Below, one piece after another: positions 41,678-51,993 of a stretch of 64,000 nt of DNA; position 1 is the stretch's first letter; each line of letters starts with the position of its first letter. The translations under genes were made by a program, and so were the position numbers. The notes beneath the pieces were generated by a model. It saw only the letters and a list, made by a program, of their open reading frames with translations, was not told the DNA's origin and made no database searches. The stretch is from an uncultured Candidatus Saccharibacteria bacterium. GTDB taxonomy: Bacteria; Patescibacteriota; Minisyncoccia; Minisyncoccales; Staskawiczbacteraceae. The stretch lies in contig CAYRHW010000002.1 of NCBI GenBank assembly GCA_964424305.1, positions 2,115 to 66,114 of the forward strand. The letters run 5' to 3'.

Positions 41678-41899
41678 ATGCAACAATATCTATTAATCGC
41701 TCAAATAGTAGTCTCCATATTACTAGTAGTCTGTATTTCCCTGCAGCAAAGGGGAACTGCCCTAGGATCTGCCTTTGGTGGCTCCGGCGGAGGAGAATCC
41801 TACTCCAGCCGAAGGGGCATACAAAAAAACATATTCTACGCTACTATTGTTTTAACTGCTATCTTTGCAATTTTAGGCATCGTCAATCTCTTAATTTAA
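41678..41899 (+). CDS. secG: Preprotein translocase subunit SecG
   Basis: Two TMs flanking LQQRGTALGSAFGGSGG..RRG. Confidence 0.92.
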   Translation: MQQYLLIAQIVVSILLVVCISLQQRGTALGSAFGGSGGGESYSSRRGIQKNIFYATIVLTAIFAILGIVNLLI

Positions 41900-41902
41900 T
41901 TA

Positions 41903-43879
41903 ATGAAAAGCATACAATTTCCTAAGTTTTCTCAGTGGAAAAAAATTCCAAAGATACTCCATAAGAAAGAAAAGATAACTTTTCTGGTTTTTTTAGGATT
42001 AGCTTTGGCTTCTTTAATTTTTCTCACCACTTCTCTCTACCTCAAAAACACCAAGGTGGTAGCAGCTTCTGGCGGAAGCTATACAGAGGGGGTAATTGGC
42101 CAGCCAAGATTCATTAATCCCATCTATGGGGAAACCAACGATGTTGATAGGGATTTAATTGAGCTTGTTTTCTCTGGCTTAATGTCCTACGACGACAATG
42201 GAAACATAGTTAACGACCTAGTGGATAGTTACAAGGTTTCGGAAGACGGGAAAACCTATGAATTTAAGCTAAAAGACAAGATACTTTGGCAAGATGGCCA
42301 ACCACTTACTTCGGAGGATGTTGTCTTCACCATAAGAACAATCCAAAATTCTGATTACAAAAGCCCGCTAAGAGCTAACTGGCTAGATGTTGATACGGAG
42401 ATTATCTCAGAAAACTCATTCCGTCTTAAACTTAAGAGCCCATATAATGCATTCTTAGAAAATTGTACCCTGAAAATAATCCCAAAGCATATTTGGGAGA
42501 ATATTCTTCCAGAAAATTTCGCTTTATCTTTTTACAACCTACAACCAGTGGGCTCGGGTCCGTATAAGTTTAAAAGCCTAAAACAAGCGGACACGGGATT
42601 TATTAGTTCAATATCTCTCAAGGCGAACACAAATTACTATAAAAGTCGCCCATATATCTCCAATATTGACTTCAAATTCTTTGAAAGAAAAGAAGACTTA
42701 ATCAAGGCGGCTAACAAAAAGGACATTGATGGCTATTCTTCTGTTTTCCTAACCGAAAGTCCGATCCAGAAATCATTCTCTGCTAAAGCATTTTCTACTC
42801 CGAGATATTTTGCCGTTTTCTTTAATACCCAACAATCGGAAATATTCAATAGTATTAAAGTAAGGCAGGCATTAAATTACGCTACAGATAAAAAAGCCCT
42901 CATTGATGAATTAGAGTCTGGATTGCAATCAAAATACGGAGTAAAAACCCTAAATCAGGCTGACTCACCAATTCTACCAGCATTCGAAGGATACAACGAG
43001 CCAACGACAATATATGGATTTGATGCGGAAAAGGCAGGGCAACTTCTGGACTCAGCTGGATTTAAAGCTGATGAGCAAGGCCAAAGAACAAAGAATATTG
43101 CGAAAACACCAGCCTTCCAATTTAAATCAACCCTTTCCACTGGCTCCAGTAACGGCGAGGTAACCGAGCTACAGAAATGCTTGGCAAAAGACCCTGAAAT
43201 ATATCAGGGAGATGCAACAGGATATTTTGGCAAGGCAACAAAGGAAGCTGTCACTAAATTCCAAGCAAAGTATCTTCCAGATTTAGCAACTAAAGATATC
43301 GGCATAGTGGGAAAATCAACCAGAGCAAAATTAAACGAGCTTTGCACTCCCCCCGCCCAAAATACCCTACCATTAGCCTTTGACATCGTGACCATAAACC
43401 AACCGTTGATAGTCCAAGCTGCAAATATATTAAAGGCTCAATGGGAGAAGATGGGGATACAGGTCACCGTTAAGACGCTTAGTATCCAAGATTTAAAAAT
43501 AGTTATAAAAAACAGAGATTATGACTGTTTGCTTTACGGAGAAGCCCTTGGAACCCTAATAGATCCCTATCCTTTTTGGCACTCTAGCCAAAAGATAGAT
43601 CCGGGATTAAACCTATCGGGATATGATAGCCAAGATGCCGATAAGTTGCTAAAAGATGCTCGGGAAAGCTTGGACGATGCAGAAAAACAACAGAAATATG
43701 AGGAATTCCAGAATATCCTAATTGCGGACGCCCCAGCAATATTCCTATACAACTCGAGCTATGTATATATAATATCTAATAAAATACAGGGAATTGACGT
43801 ACAAAAAATAGTTGATCCTGCGAAAAGGTTTGCCACCGTAGAAGAATGGCACGTTAAAACTAAAAGAGTATTTAAATAA
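41903..43879 (+). CDS. OppA-like (SBP family 5) protein with N-terminal TM and an inserted peptidoglycan-binding domain
   Basis: GGSYTEGVIGQPRFINP, WQDGQPLTSEDVVFT, PVGSGPYKF; insert GSSNGEVTELQKCL..TGYFGKATKEAVTKFQ. Confidence 0.88.
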   Translation: MKSIQFPKFSQWKKIPKILHKKEKITFLVFLGLALASLIFLTTSLYLKNTKVVAASGGSYTEGVIGQPRFINPIYGETNDVDRDLIELVFSGLMSYDDNGNIVNDLVDSYKVSEDGKTYEFKLKDKILWQDGQPLTSEDVVFTIRTIQNSDYKSPLRANWLDVDTEIISENSFRLKLKSPYNAFLENCTLKIIPKHIWENILPENFALSFYNLQPVGSGPYKFKSLKQADTGFISSISLKANTNYYKSRPYISNIDFKFFERKEDLIKAANKKDIDGYSSVFLTESPIQKSFSAKAFSTPRYFAVFFNTQQSEIFNSIKVRQALNYATDKKALIDELESGLQSKYGVKTLNQADSPILPAFEGYNEPTTIYGFDAEKAGQLLDSAGFKADEQGQRTKNIAKTPAFQFKSTLSTGSSNGEVTELQKCLAKDPEIYQGDATGYFGKATKEAVTKFQAKYLPDLATKDIGIVGKSTRAKLNELCTPPAQNTLPLAFDIVTINQPLIVQAANILKAQWEKMGIQVTVKTLSIQDLKIVIKNRDYDCLLYGEALGTLIDPYPFWHSSQKIDPGLNLSGYDSQDADKLLKDARESLDDAEKQQKYEEFQNILIADAPAIFLYNSSYVYIISNKIQGIDVQKIVDPAKRFATVEEWHVKTKRVFK

Positions 43880-43881
43880 TT

Positions 43882-44466
43882 ATGGAATTCAATCTAGAAA
43901 ACATAAAACCAGACGTTAGACACCTCAACGACATGAGAGAGGTTTTATACGATCAAGAATGGGCAAAATCTGCTCCAGACACAGACCTCTACTATATGTA
44001 TAGGAAGCTAAAAGAAGAAAATGACCTATTCCACAACATTACTATCACCCTGGCAAAATTCCTGGGAAAAGAATTCAATAAAACCAAAGGGCATATCCAT
44101 ATTGGTAATTACGGGGAAACCTATACAGTGATATCTGGCCAGGCCATCTTCTTTATGCAGAAAACGAACGAAGCGATTGTTGAAGATGTCTACGCCGTTA
44201 AAGCAAGCGCCGGGGAATCAGTCATAATCCCCCCTCACTATGGGCACGTTACCATCAATCCTTCTGATGTAGACCTAAAAACTGGAGACTGGAGCTCCAA
44301 AAATTCTAAAAGCGACTACTCTTTATTCGAAAAACTACAGGGTGCCTGCTATTACTATACAAAAGAAGGTTGGATCAAAAACGAGAACTACAAAAATGTT
44401 CCTCCCCTGCGTTTTGAAGAACCTCTAAAATCTTTACCCGAGGATCTAAGTTTTCTCAAGGGTTAA
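43882..44466 (+). CDS. Cupin-type (archaeal-like) glucose-6-phosphate isomerase family protein
   Basis: LYYMYR, EFNKTKGHIH, ETYTVISG, IPPHYGHVTINP, GACYY. Confidence 0.8.
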   Translation: MEFNLENIKPDVRHLNDMREVLYDQEWAKSAPDTDLYYMYRKLKEENDLFHNITITLAKFLGKEFNKTKGHIHIGNYGETYTVISGQAIFFMQKTNEAIVEDVYAVKASAGESVIIPPHYGHVTINPSDVDLKTGDWSSKNSKSDYSLFEKLQGACYYYTKEGWIKNENYKNVPPLRFEEPLKSLPEDLSFLKG

Positions 44467-44479
44467 AAGTAAATACTTT

Positions 44480-44561
44480 GTCGAGGTGGTGAAATTGGCA
44501 AACACGTACGCTTCAGAAGCGTATGCCGCAAGGCTTGAGGGTTCAAATCCCTCCCTCGGCA
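44480..44561 (+). tRNA. tRNA-Leu(CAG)
   Basis: GTCGAGG/CCTCGGC acceptor, TACGC-TTCAGAA-GCGTA, variable arm GCCGCAAGGC, GGTTCAAATCC. Confidence 0.95.
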
Positions 44562-44610
44562 CTTAGAAGTCTCTCTTAGTAAATAATTAACAAGTAAGTA
44601 ATAATTTAGT

Positions 44611-46296
44611 ATGTACAAAACAAGAACTCAAAATAATTTAAGAATCATCCCTCTTGGAGGATGCGAAGAAGTCGGTAGAAACATGACTGTCTTTGAATAT
44701 GGGCAGGATATAATAATAATGGACATGGGTATTCAATTCCCGGAGGAAGACATGCCTGGAGTTGACTACATCATCCCCAATGTCAGCTACCTAAAGGGTA
44801 GAGAGAAGGATATTAAGGGCGTTGTCTTCTCCCATGGCCATCTAGACCATATCGGAGCAGCCCATATACTCTTAGATAAATTAGGCAACCCTCCCATTAT
44901 TGGAAGGCCCCTAACCATAGAGATAATAAAGAGGAGACAAGAAGAGGCCCACAGAGGAAGTTCGAAAAAACTGAAGATCATATATATAAAAGATATTAAT
45001 GACCGAATAAATCTCGGAGCTTTTCAGGTAAGCTTTTTCCAAGTAGATCACGCTATTATGGATTCTGTAGGAACGATTATCCAAACTCCGCCGGCAACAA
45101 TAATCCATCCTGGCGATTGGACCATAGAAAGAAAGCCCGTAGGAAGAAAAGAGATAAGATATGACTACTTATCAAAACTGAGAAGACCCACTATCCTGAT
45201 GCTTGAAAGCTTAGGGGCAGTTAATAGAGAACTACCCATCACCGAAGAGGAGATGTTAAAAAACCTACATGGGTTAATTCTTGGAGCTCAGGGAAGAATA
45301 ATAATTGCTACCTTTTCTTCCCAACTACAAAGGATAAAACAGATCATTGAATATGCCTCCCAAGTAAACAAGAAAGTTGTACTTGATGGCTATTCGATGA
45401 AACTAAATGTTGAGATCGCCAAAGAGCTCGGCTACATCAACCCGATGAAAGACGCCATAATCCCAATCGAAAGAATGCATGATTACCCAGAGAACAAGAT
45501 AGTAGTAATCTGCACTGGGGGCCAGGGAGAGGAAATGGCTGTTTTGCCTAGAATCGTTACGGGTAACCATCGATTTATTAAAATCAAAAAAACTGATACC
45601 ATTGTTTTCTCTTCCTCTATAATCCCCGGCAACGAGAGATCTATCCAGCGTCTAAAAGATAGCCTCTACCGCCTGTCGGATAATGTATATCATGGAGATA
45701 TAATGGATGTTCATATCTCCGGCCATAGCAATATCTTTGATATTGAAAGAATAATCAAAGATATTAAGCCAGACTACTTTGTTCCTGTTTATGCTAACCA
45801 CTTCATGCTAAAAGAAGCGGCAATGATTGCCTACAAAGCTGGCGTTCCCAAGGATAAAATCTTTATCCCAGACAATGGTTCTATTATAGACGTTTCTAAC
45901 AACGGCTTGAAAATGCTAAAGGAAAAAGTCCCAACTAGCTATGTCTTCGTTGATGGCTTAGGAGTCGGAGATGTTGGCGAAGTTGTCCTAAGAGATAGAC
46001 AAGCGTTGGCAAATGATGGAATGTTTGTTATTGTAGCAATTGTAGATAGGCAAACGGGCAGGGTGAAGGGCTCTCCAGATATCATCTCCAGGGGATTCGT
46101 TTATCTAAGAGAATCAAAGGACTTATTGGCCCAAACAAGGAGAAAGGTGATAGATATTGTTGATAAGGCAGCTGGCACGGGGGGGGCAATCAACTGGGTC
46201 TACATTAAGGATGAGATCAGGAATAAAGTTGGAGAATTCTTGCACACCAAAACAGAACGTCGCCCAATGGTTTTACCAGTAGTAATTGAGGTATAA
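44611..46296 (+). CDS. rnj: Ribonuclease J
   Basis: IIPLGGCEEVGRNM, SHGHLDHIG, HISGH, RRPMVLPVVIEV. Confidence 0.96.
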   Translation: MYKTRTQNNLRIIPLGGCEEVGRNMTVFEYGQDIIIMDMGIQFPEEDMPGVDYIIPNVSYLKGREKDIKGVVFSHGHLDHIGAAHILLDKLGNPPIIGRPLTIEIIKRRQEEAHRGSSKKLKIIYIKDINDRINLGAFQVSFFQVDHAIMDSVGTIIQTPPATIIHPGDWTIERKPVGRKEIRYDYLSKLRRPTILMLESLGAVNRELPITEEEMLKNLHGLILGAQGRIIIATFSSQLQRIKQIIEYASQVNKKVVLDGYSMKLNVEIAKELGYINPMKDAIIPIERMHDYPENKIVVICTGGQGEEMAVLPRIVTGNHRFIKIKKTDTIVFSSSIIPGNERSIQRLKDSLYRLSDNVYHGDIMDVHISGHSNIFDIERIIKDIKPDYFVPVYANHFMLKEAAMIAYKAGVPKDKIFIPDNGSIIDVSNNGLKMLKEKVPTSYVFVDGLGVGDVGEVVLRDRQALANDGMFVIVAIVDRQTGRVKGSPDIISRGFVYLRESKDLLAQTRRKVIDIVDKAAGTGGAINWVYIKDEIRNKVGEFLHTKTERRPMVLPVVIEV

Positions 46297-46305
46297 TAAA
46301 AAAAT

Positions 46306-47283
46306 ATGAGAATATTATCAGGGATTCAGCCAAGTGGCGATATCCATATCGGAAATTATTTAGGAGCCCTAAAACAATGGATTTCTCTCCAAAAAGAGAA
46401 CGAGTGCATTTATTTTGTTGCAGATTTGCACTCTCTAACAGTCCCCTATGATCCGAAGACCCTACAAAAATCGATAACAGAAAAAGTTATCGCATATATT
46501 GCTGCCGGCCTAGACCCAGAAAAGAGCACCATCTTTATTCAGTCTCAAATTAAAGAACACTCTGAACTTGCTTGGATATTAAATACCGTCTGCCCTATCG
46601 GTGAGTTAGAGAGAATGACTCAGTACAAGGAAAAATCTAAAAAGTATAAAGACAATATCAATGCTGGGCTTTTAGATTATCCTGTTTTAATGGCAGCTGA
46701 TATTCTACTCTATAAGACAATCGCGGTGCCAGTTGGGAAAGACCAAACCCAACACGTTGAATTGGCCAGAACGCTTGCTAGAAAATTTAATCAAAAATTT
46801 GGAAAAACCTTTATAGAACCCAAAGATATTTTGCCAAAACTTGGGGCTAAGATTATGAGTTTAACCAACCCCGAGAAAAAAATGTCTAAAACCGACGAGC
46901 CCCAAAGCTACATCTCCCTATTTGAGGAACCAGAATCAATCCAGAAAAAGATAATGTCAGCGACCACTGATTCGGGGAAACAGATAAAATATGACCCAAT
47001 AAAAAAACCGGGCGTATCCAATCTTTTAACCATATATAGCCTACTAGAAAACAAACCCATAAAGGATATAGAAAAAATGTTTGTTAAGAAGGGCTATTCT
47101 GAATTCAAAAAATCCCTGGCAACGACAATGATAAACTTTCTGGAGCCTTTCAGAAAAAAACACAAGGAGTTGCTTACCAGAGATGTTTACATCAAAGAGA
47201 TACTAAGCCGAGGGAAGGATAGAGCCCAAAGAATCGCTCAGGCGACAATGCAGGAAGTCAAAGAGAAAATGGGATTGATCTAA
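46306..47283 (+). CDS. trpS: Tryptophanyl-tRNA synthetase
   Basis: SGIQPSG, HIGN, YPVLMAADILLY, VPVGKDQ, KMSK. Confidence 0.97.
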   Translation: MRILSGIQPSGDIHIGNYLGALKQWISLQKENECIYFVADLHSLTVPYDPKTLQKSITEKVIAYIAAGLDPEKSTIFIQSQIKEHSELAWILNTVCPIGELERMTQYKEKSKKYKDNINAGLLDYPVLMAADILLYKTIAVPVGKDQTQHVELARTLARKFNQKFGKTFIEPKDILPKLGAKIMSLTNPEKKMSKTDEPQSYISLFEEPESIQKKIMSATTDSGKQIKYDPIKKPGVSNLLTIYSLLENKPIKDIEKMFVKKGYSEFKKSLATTMINFLEPFRKKHKELLTRDVYIKEILSRGKDRAQRIAQATMQEVKEKMGLI

Positions 47284-47303
47284 ATATCGGATACTAAGAT
47301 TAG

Positions 47304-47329
47304 AAAAAACAGCCCCTTGGGCTGTTTTT
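47304..47329. terminator. Bidirectional terminator between trpS and PMM
   Basis: AAAAAACAGCCC-CTT-GGGCTGTTTTT. Confidence 0.85.
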
Positions 47330-48680
47330 AATTTTCTACCTTTGAAAGTCTTCCAACTAATCCCCTTAACTCGCTCTTTTTCTCCTCCAATAACTTCTTC
47401 GTATCCGCTTCGATGGTTAAACGCAGAAATGGCTCTGTGTTAGACGGTCTTAGATTAAACCACCAATCAATATATTCCACGGTAACTCCATCTAAGTATT
47501 CTTGCCTACCGCTAGAATACTCTTTTTTAACTTCATCAATTATCTGATCTTTATTCTCCACCAAAAAATTAATCTCTGATGATTTTTCATATAGACATAA
47601 CTCTGCCATTAACTCGGAGACCTTCTTCCCAGAATCAGAAATGACCCTTAGGGCAATTAGGAGGGCCATTAATCCCGAATCCCCATAATAATTACCCTTA
47701 AAGCAATAATGACCAGACAATTCTCCCCCCATTACTCCATCATTCTTTATTACTCCCTCCCTTACATTAACAAAACCTACTTGAGTTTTTATTGGGTTTC
47801 CCCCCCATTTTTTAATAAACTCCGGCACCGACTTAGAACAAATTGTGTTATAGGCGACACCCGCACCAGGAGTAACCCCCAAAAGATACTTCGCCAAAAG
47901 CAAAAGCGTGCAATCTGCTGGTACCAACTCCCCCCTTTCGTTTAATAAGAATATCCTATCTGCATCTCCGTCAAAGATGAAACCAAAGTCAGCCTTTTCT
48001 TTATTAATTAAATCCCTCACTTGATTTATTGATCCCTCTTCAAGGGGATTCGATGGGTGATTAGGAAAATTTCCGTCAATACCAAAATTTAATTGGACCA
48101 TCTGGACCGATGGCAGATCCACCAAAGGAATAATTCTTGCTGCCATCCCATTGCCAGCATCAAATACAATTTTAAGTGGCCCTATGCCCCCCAAGCCGAC
48201 AAGAGAAGAAATATGTTTAATGTAATCTTCTCTAATGTCTTTTTCCTCAATTACTCCCAATTTACTACCCTTAATAGTATTATCCTGGTTACTAACAATC
48301 TCATATAAATCCCTCCCCCTAATCATCGAAAACCCTCCCTCGGCTTTCTTAATTAGTTTGAACCCATTATACTCTTTGGGGTTATGACTAGCGGTTATCA
48401 TAACGCCGGCATCGTAGCCATACTTTCCAACAGCAAAATACAAAATCTCCGTTGGGATTTGACCCAAATCAACTACGTCGCAACCAGCATCAATGATGCC
48501 ATGGCATAAAGCGTTAAACAGGTCGGGGGAAGAAATTCGCATATCTTGACCGACTACTATTTTCTTGGCCTCGGTATATTTAACAAGGGCTTTGCCAATG
48601 GAAAAAGCCGCATCTTCGTCTAAATCTTGAAGATAAATTCCGCGGATGTCATAGGACCTGAATATAGAAGAGGAAATCAT
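47328..48680 (-). CDS. manB: Phosphomannomutase/phosphoglucomutase
   Basis: FRSYDIRG, TASHNP, FDGDADR, GGELSGH, RPSNTEP. Confidence 0.92.
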   Translation of the reverse strand: MISSSIFRSYDIRGIYLQDLDEDAAFSIGKALVKYTEAKKIVVGQDMRISSPDLFNALCHGIIDAGCDVVDLGQIPTEILYFAVGKYGYDAGVMITASHNPKEYNGFKLIKKAEGGFSMIRGRDLYEIVSNQDNTIKGSKLGVIEEKDIREDYIKHISSLVGLGGIGPLKIVFDAGNGMAARIIPLVDLPSVQMVQLNFGIDGNFPNHPSNPLEEGSINQVRDLINKEKADFGFIFDGDADRIFLLNERGELVPADCTLLLLAKYLLGVTPGAGVAYNTICSKSVPEFIKKWGGNPIKTQVGFVNVREGVIKNDGVMGGELSGHYCFKGNYYGDSGLMALLIALRVISDSGKKVSELMAELCLYEKSSEINFLVENKDQIIDEVKKEYSSGRQEYLDGVTVEYIDWWFNLRPSNTEPFLRLTIEADTKKLLEEKKSELRGLVGRLSKVEN

Positions 48681-48766
48681 ATAGGATTATTATATCACAG
48701 AAAATTGAAACAAAAGCAAATATAACCCTGATTTAGAGGGGCCCCTAGGTGGCTTCATACAATGGC

Positions 48767-48795
48767 TTGATTATTTTATTAACGCCTGCTATAAT
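48767..48795 (+). promoter_or_regulatory. Sigma70-type promoter of rpsF-ssb-rpsR
   Basis: TTGATT-17 nt-TATAAT with extended TG. Confidence 0.72.
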
Positions 48796-48821
48796 GGCCT
48801 TAACAGAAATCACCAAACATT

Positions 48822-49259
48822 ATGAAAAATTACGAATTAAGCTACCTTATTTCCCCAGAATCAAGCACGGAGGAAACAGAAGCATTAAACGCAGGCATTA
48901 CTTCAACCATCCAGAAAGAGGGAGGGTTAATATTGAAGTCAGAAATGCCAGTTTCAAAATTTCTAGGCTACACAATAAAAAAGCAGAGATCAGCTCTCTG
49001 GGTTAATATTGAATTTTCTGCCGAGCCAGAGAAAATAGCCGTAATCGATAGCTATATGAAAAAGGAGACGAAGATTTTGCGCTATCTCCTTGTTATTAAA
49101 AAACCGAAGAGACAAATCAAAGAAAGAAGGGAAAGAAAAGAGCAGACTCCTGCTCCCGAAATTACCAAAGAAGAAAGCGTTATTAAACCTGAAAAATTTG
49201 ATAAAAAAGTCGATCTCAAAGACATCGACGAAAAGCTAGACGAAATATTAAAAGACTAA
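48822..49259 (+). CDS. rpsF: 30S ribosomal protein S6
   Basis: MKNYELSYLISP, LGYTIKK, ILRYLLV; first gene of rpsF-ssb-rpsR. Confidence 0.92.
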   Translation: MKNYELSYLISPESSTEETEALNAGITSTIQKEGGLILKSEMPVSKFLGYTIKKQRSALWVNIEFSAEPEKIAVIDSYMKKETKILRYLLVIKKPKRQIKERRERKEQTPAPEITKEESVIKPEKFDKKVDLKDIDEKLDEILKD

Positions 49260-49267
49260 AACAAAGT

Positions 49268-49756
49268 ATGAATTTAAATAGAGCTTTCATATTAGGAAAC
49301 GTTACCCAGGTGCCAGAGGTAAAATCATTACCATCGGGTCAACCAGTTGTTTCATTCGGCATCGCAACCAATAGGTTCTACACCGATACCGCTGGAGCAA
49401 AAAAGCAAGATACAGAATTCCACAATATTGTTGCTTTCGGTAAGTTAGCCGACATATGTTCTCGCTATTTAAACAAAGGATCGTTAATATTAGTTGAAGG
49501 AAGATTAAAGACAAGAAATTGGCAGAATTCATCTGGAGTTAAGCAATACAAAACCGAAATCATTGCCAATAGCATCCAACTTGGCCCCAAGCCATCGGGG
49601 ATAGGAGGATCATATCCGAAACAAGGCCAAGCAAAAGATATTCAAGAAGAAACCAAGAACGAAGAAATTCCAATCATTGAAGAGAACTATACTCCCCCAG
49701 CATCGAACATCCAAACAGACGAGAATGAGATCGACGTGAAAGACATTCCGTTTTAA
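49268..49756 (+). CDS. ssb: Single-stranded DNA-binding protein
   Basis: LNRAFILGN, YLNKGSLILVEGRL, C-terminal DIPF. Confidence 0.96.
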   Translation: MNLNRAFILGNVTQVPEVKSLPSGQPVVSFGIATNRFYTDTAGAKKQDTEFHNIVAFGKLADICSRYLNKGSLILVEGRLKTRNWQNSSGVKQYKTEIIANSIQLGPKPSGIGGSYPKQGQAKDIQEETKNEEIPIIEENYTPPASNIQTDENEIDVKDIPF

Positions 49757-49794
49757 CTATTAACTACTAATTTCCAATTAATTATTATATAAAT

Positions 49795-49992
49795 ATGGCT
49801 TGCTATTTTTGTCAGAAAAACGTAGACGAAATTGACTTCAAGAACATCGATGTGCTTTCGAAGTTTGTTTCGGGTATGTATAAAATAAAAGGAAGAAGGA
49901 AAAGTGGTCTTTGCGCTCGCCACCAGAGGGGGATATCCCAGGCGATCAAAAGATCGAGACAATTAGGATTAATGCCCTATTTGCCAAAATAG
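49795..49992 (+). CDS. rpsR: 30S ribosomal protein S18 (zinc-binding form)
   Basis: CYFC, IDFKN, GLCARHQR, AIKRSRQLGLMPY. Confidence 0.95.
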   Translation: MACYFCQKNVDEIDFKNIDVLSKFVSGMYKIKGRRKSGLCARHQRGISQAIKRSRQLGLMPYLPK

Positions 49993-50024
49993 ATATTACC
50001 CAACAGCAGGCAAGGATATTAGAC

Positions 50025-50056
50025 AACAAAAAACAACCCATGGGTTGTTTTTTGTT
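50025..50056. terminator. Bidirectional terminator (perfect 32-bp palindrome)
   Basis: AACAAAAAACAACCCA/TGGGTTGTTTTTTGTT between convergent genes. Confidence 0.85.
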
Positions 50057-50062
50057 ATTGAT

Positions 50063-50398
50063 CTATTCTTTCAACCCCTTCTTCACTACATCTGTCTCGG
50101 GTTTCTCCAATAAGTCCCTTTCCTCTTTTGTAAGGGCTTCCCCTCTTTTTATTTTTTCTGTAATTTTTTCCAACTCGCCTACCCGCGCGCTATAAACAGC
50201 ACGCTCTTCTTCTATACTTAACCCCGGAAATTTTTCCGACAGAGATTCCCTGGCTTCTTCTAAGCCCCTCTTGTCCTGTCCTTCTTTTGCCTTTCCCTCT
50301 GCGATTATTCTAGAAACCCGTGACCAATCTTTTTTCTTCCCAGAGCCTTGTTCGGGAATGACAGGTGGTTCTTCTCCCCCCTTTGGTTTTTCTCCCAT
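50063..50398 (-). CDS. Hypothetical charged protein downstream of recA
   Basis: 111-aa E/K-rich ORF with ATG start between the recA stop and a terminator. Confidence 0.65.
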   Translation of the reverse strand: MGEKPKGGEEPPVIPEQGSGKKKDWSRVSRIIAEGKAKEGQDKRGLEEARESLSEKFPGLSIEEERAVYSARVGELEKITEKIKRGEALTKEERDLLEKPETDVVKKGLKE

Positions 50399-50419
50399 AT
50401 TTTATAAATTAGATATTTT

Positions 50420-51430
50420 TTACTTCTCAACAATTACTTCTGGTTTCGCCAGCTCTGCTTTCAATTCTTTCATTAGGCCCGCGTCTTCTTTTATTGACCT
50501 CTTCGCAGTCTCTATTCCTACGCCAATCTTTCTATCGCCAAACTGGAATGTGTTGCCAACTTGTTTAATAATCCCCCGGGTCATACAAACCCTTAGGACA
50601 TCGGCTGATACTGATATCCCTTCGTTGTAGTATATATCAAACTCAGCGATTCTAAATGGAGCAGCCACCTTGTTTTTAACTACTTTTGCCTTCACCCTAT
50701 TCCCTATAATCTCATCCCCACTTTTTATCTGAGCTGTTCTTGTTAAATTAATTCTAACTGAGGCATAAAACTTTAAAGCCAAACCTCCCGGAGTAGTTTC
50801 TGGATTACCGAAAACCATACCAATTTTCATTCTTGTCTGATTTAGGAATATGACAATTGTGTTGGTCTTGGCGACAATACTGGCAAGCTTTCTACAGGCC
50901 TGGCTCATGAGCCTGGCCTGAAGACCCATGTGTTGATCCCCAATCTCTCCCTCTATCTCCACCCTTGGAGTTAGGGCAGCCACAGAATCTATTACAATCA
51001 CATCAATGTTTTCTGAACGAACTAAGGCCTCTACAATTTGCAGGGCCTGCTCTCCGGAATCTGGTTGAGATATTAAAAGCTCATCAACATTTACTCCTAT
51101 CTTCCTTGCATAGTCAGGATCCATGGCGTGCTCGGCGTCAACAAATGCTCCAACACCACCCTTCTTCTGCGCTTCAGCTAAAATATGCAAAGACAAAGTT
51201 GTTTTACCAGAACTCTCAGGGCCAAATATCTCTATTACCCTTCCTCTGGGAACTCCCCCAACCCCCAAGGCATAATCCATGGCAATGGACCCCGTTGGGA
51301 TGACATCTACATCAACTAAGCCGATGTCTTTTAACTTCATGATAGCCCCCTCTCCGAATCTTTCTTTTATCCCATCCATAGCTTCCTGGAGCCCTGTTCT
51401 AACTATTTTTTTCTCTATTTTTTTTGCCAT
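50420..51430 (-). CDS. recA: Recombinase RecA
   Basis: [39 protein letters not shown]. Confidence 0.98.
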   Translation of the reverse strand: MAKKIEKKIVRTGLQEAMDGIKERFGEGAIMKLKDIGLVDVDVIPTGSIAMDYALGVGGVPRGRVIEIFGPESSGKTTLSLHILAEAQKKGGVGAFVDAEHAMDPDYARKIGVNVDELLISQPDSGEQALQIVEALVRSENIDVIVIDSVAALTPRVEIEGEIGDQHMGLQARLMSQACRKLASIVAKTNTIVIFLNQTRMKIGMVFGNPETTPGGLALKFYASVRINLTRTAQIKSGDEIIGNRVKAKVVKNKVAAPFRIAEFDIYYNEGISVSADVLRVCMTRGIIKQVGNTFQFGDRKIGVGIETAKRSIKEDAGLMKELKAELAKPEVIVEK

Positions 51431-51435
51431 ATTTT

Positions 51436-51993
51436 TTAATTTCTATTTTGTTTAATTAAATCTTCTAAAATACCGATAGTTTCTTGCTTCTTCGCCCAAG
51501 TCTTGATATATTTCATATCCACTTCTGAAATTCTTAATACAGATTTTATATCTTCTAACTGCTTTGATGATTCTAAATCCTTGCGCCACAACAATTTACT
51601 TAATATTAAATCTTCTGGAGAAACAAAATTAATTTTATAGCCAAAAATGTCTTTTGGAATTCCTCTTTTAATTTCCTGCTTGTTGAATTCATTTTTTATC
51701 ACCCAGAAGTCTACCTTTAATTGCGATTGTGGATGTATAAAATTAAATTCTCCTTTTCTTTCAAGCGCATCATTCATCGCTTCTTTTGAAACATAAACAT
51801 CTTTATCTATGGACAGAAGCTCTTCTGCTAATGGGTTTATATTTTTTGCCAATATTTCCACAACAATATCAATATCTGCAGTAAAACGAGGCCTCCCCCA
51901 AACAGAAACCGCCATCCCGCCAGTAATTATGTATGGGATTTTTAGCTTATCTAAAATTTTGGCTATTTTGATAAGAAGGTCTTCTATCTCCAT
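51436..51993 (-). CDS. Nucleotidyltransferase-superfamily protein (putative toxin)
   Basis: [40 protein letters not shown]. Confidence 0.78.
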   Translation of the reverse strand: MEIEDLLIKIAKILDKLKIPYIITGGMAVSVWGRPRFTADIDIVVEILAKNINPLAEELLSIDKDVYVSKEAMNDALERKGEFNFIHPQSQLKVDFWVIKNEFNKQEIKRGIPKDIFGYKINFVSPEDLILSKLLWRKDLESSKQLEDIKSVLRISEVDMKYIKTWAKKQETIGILEDLIKQNRN

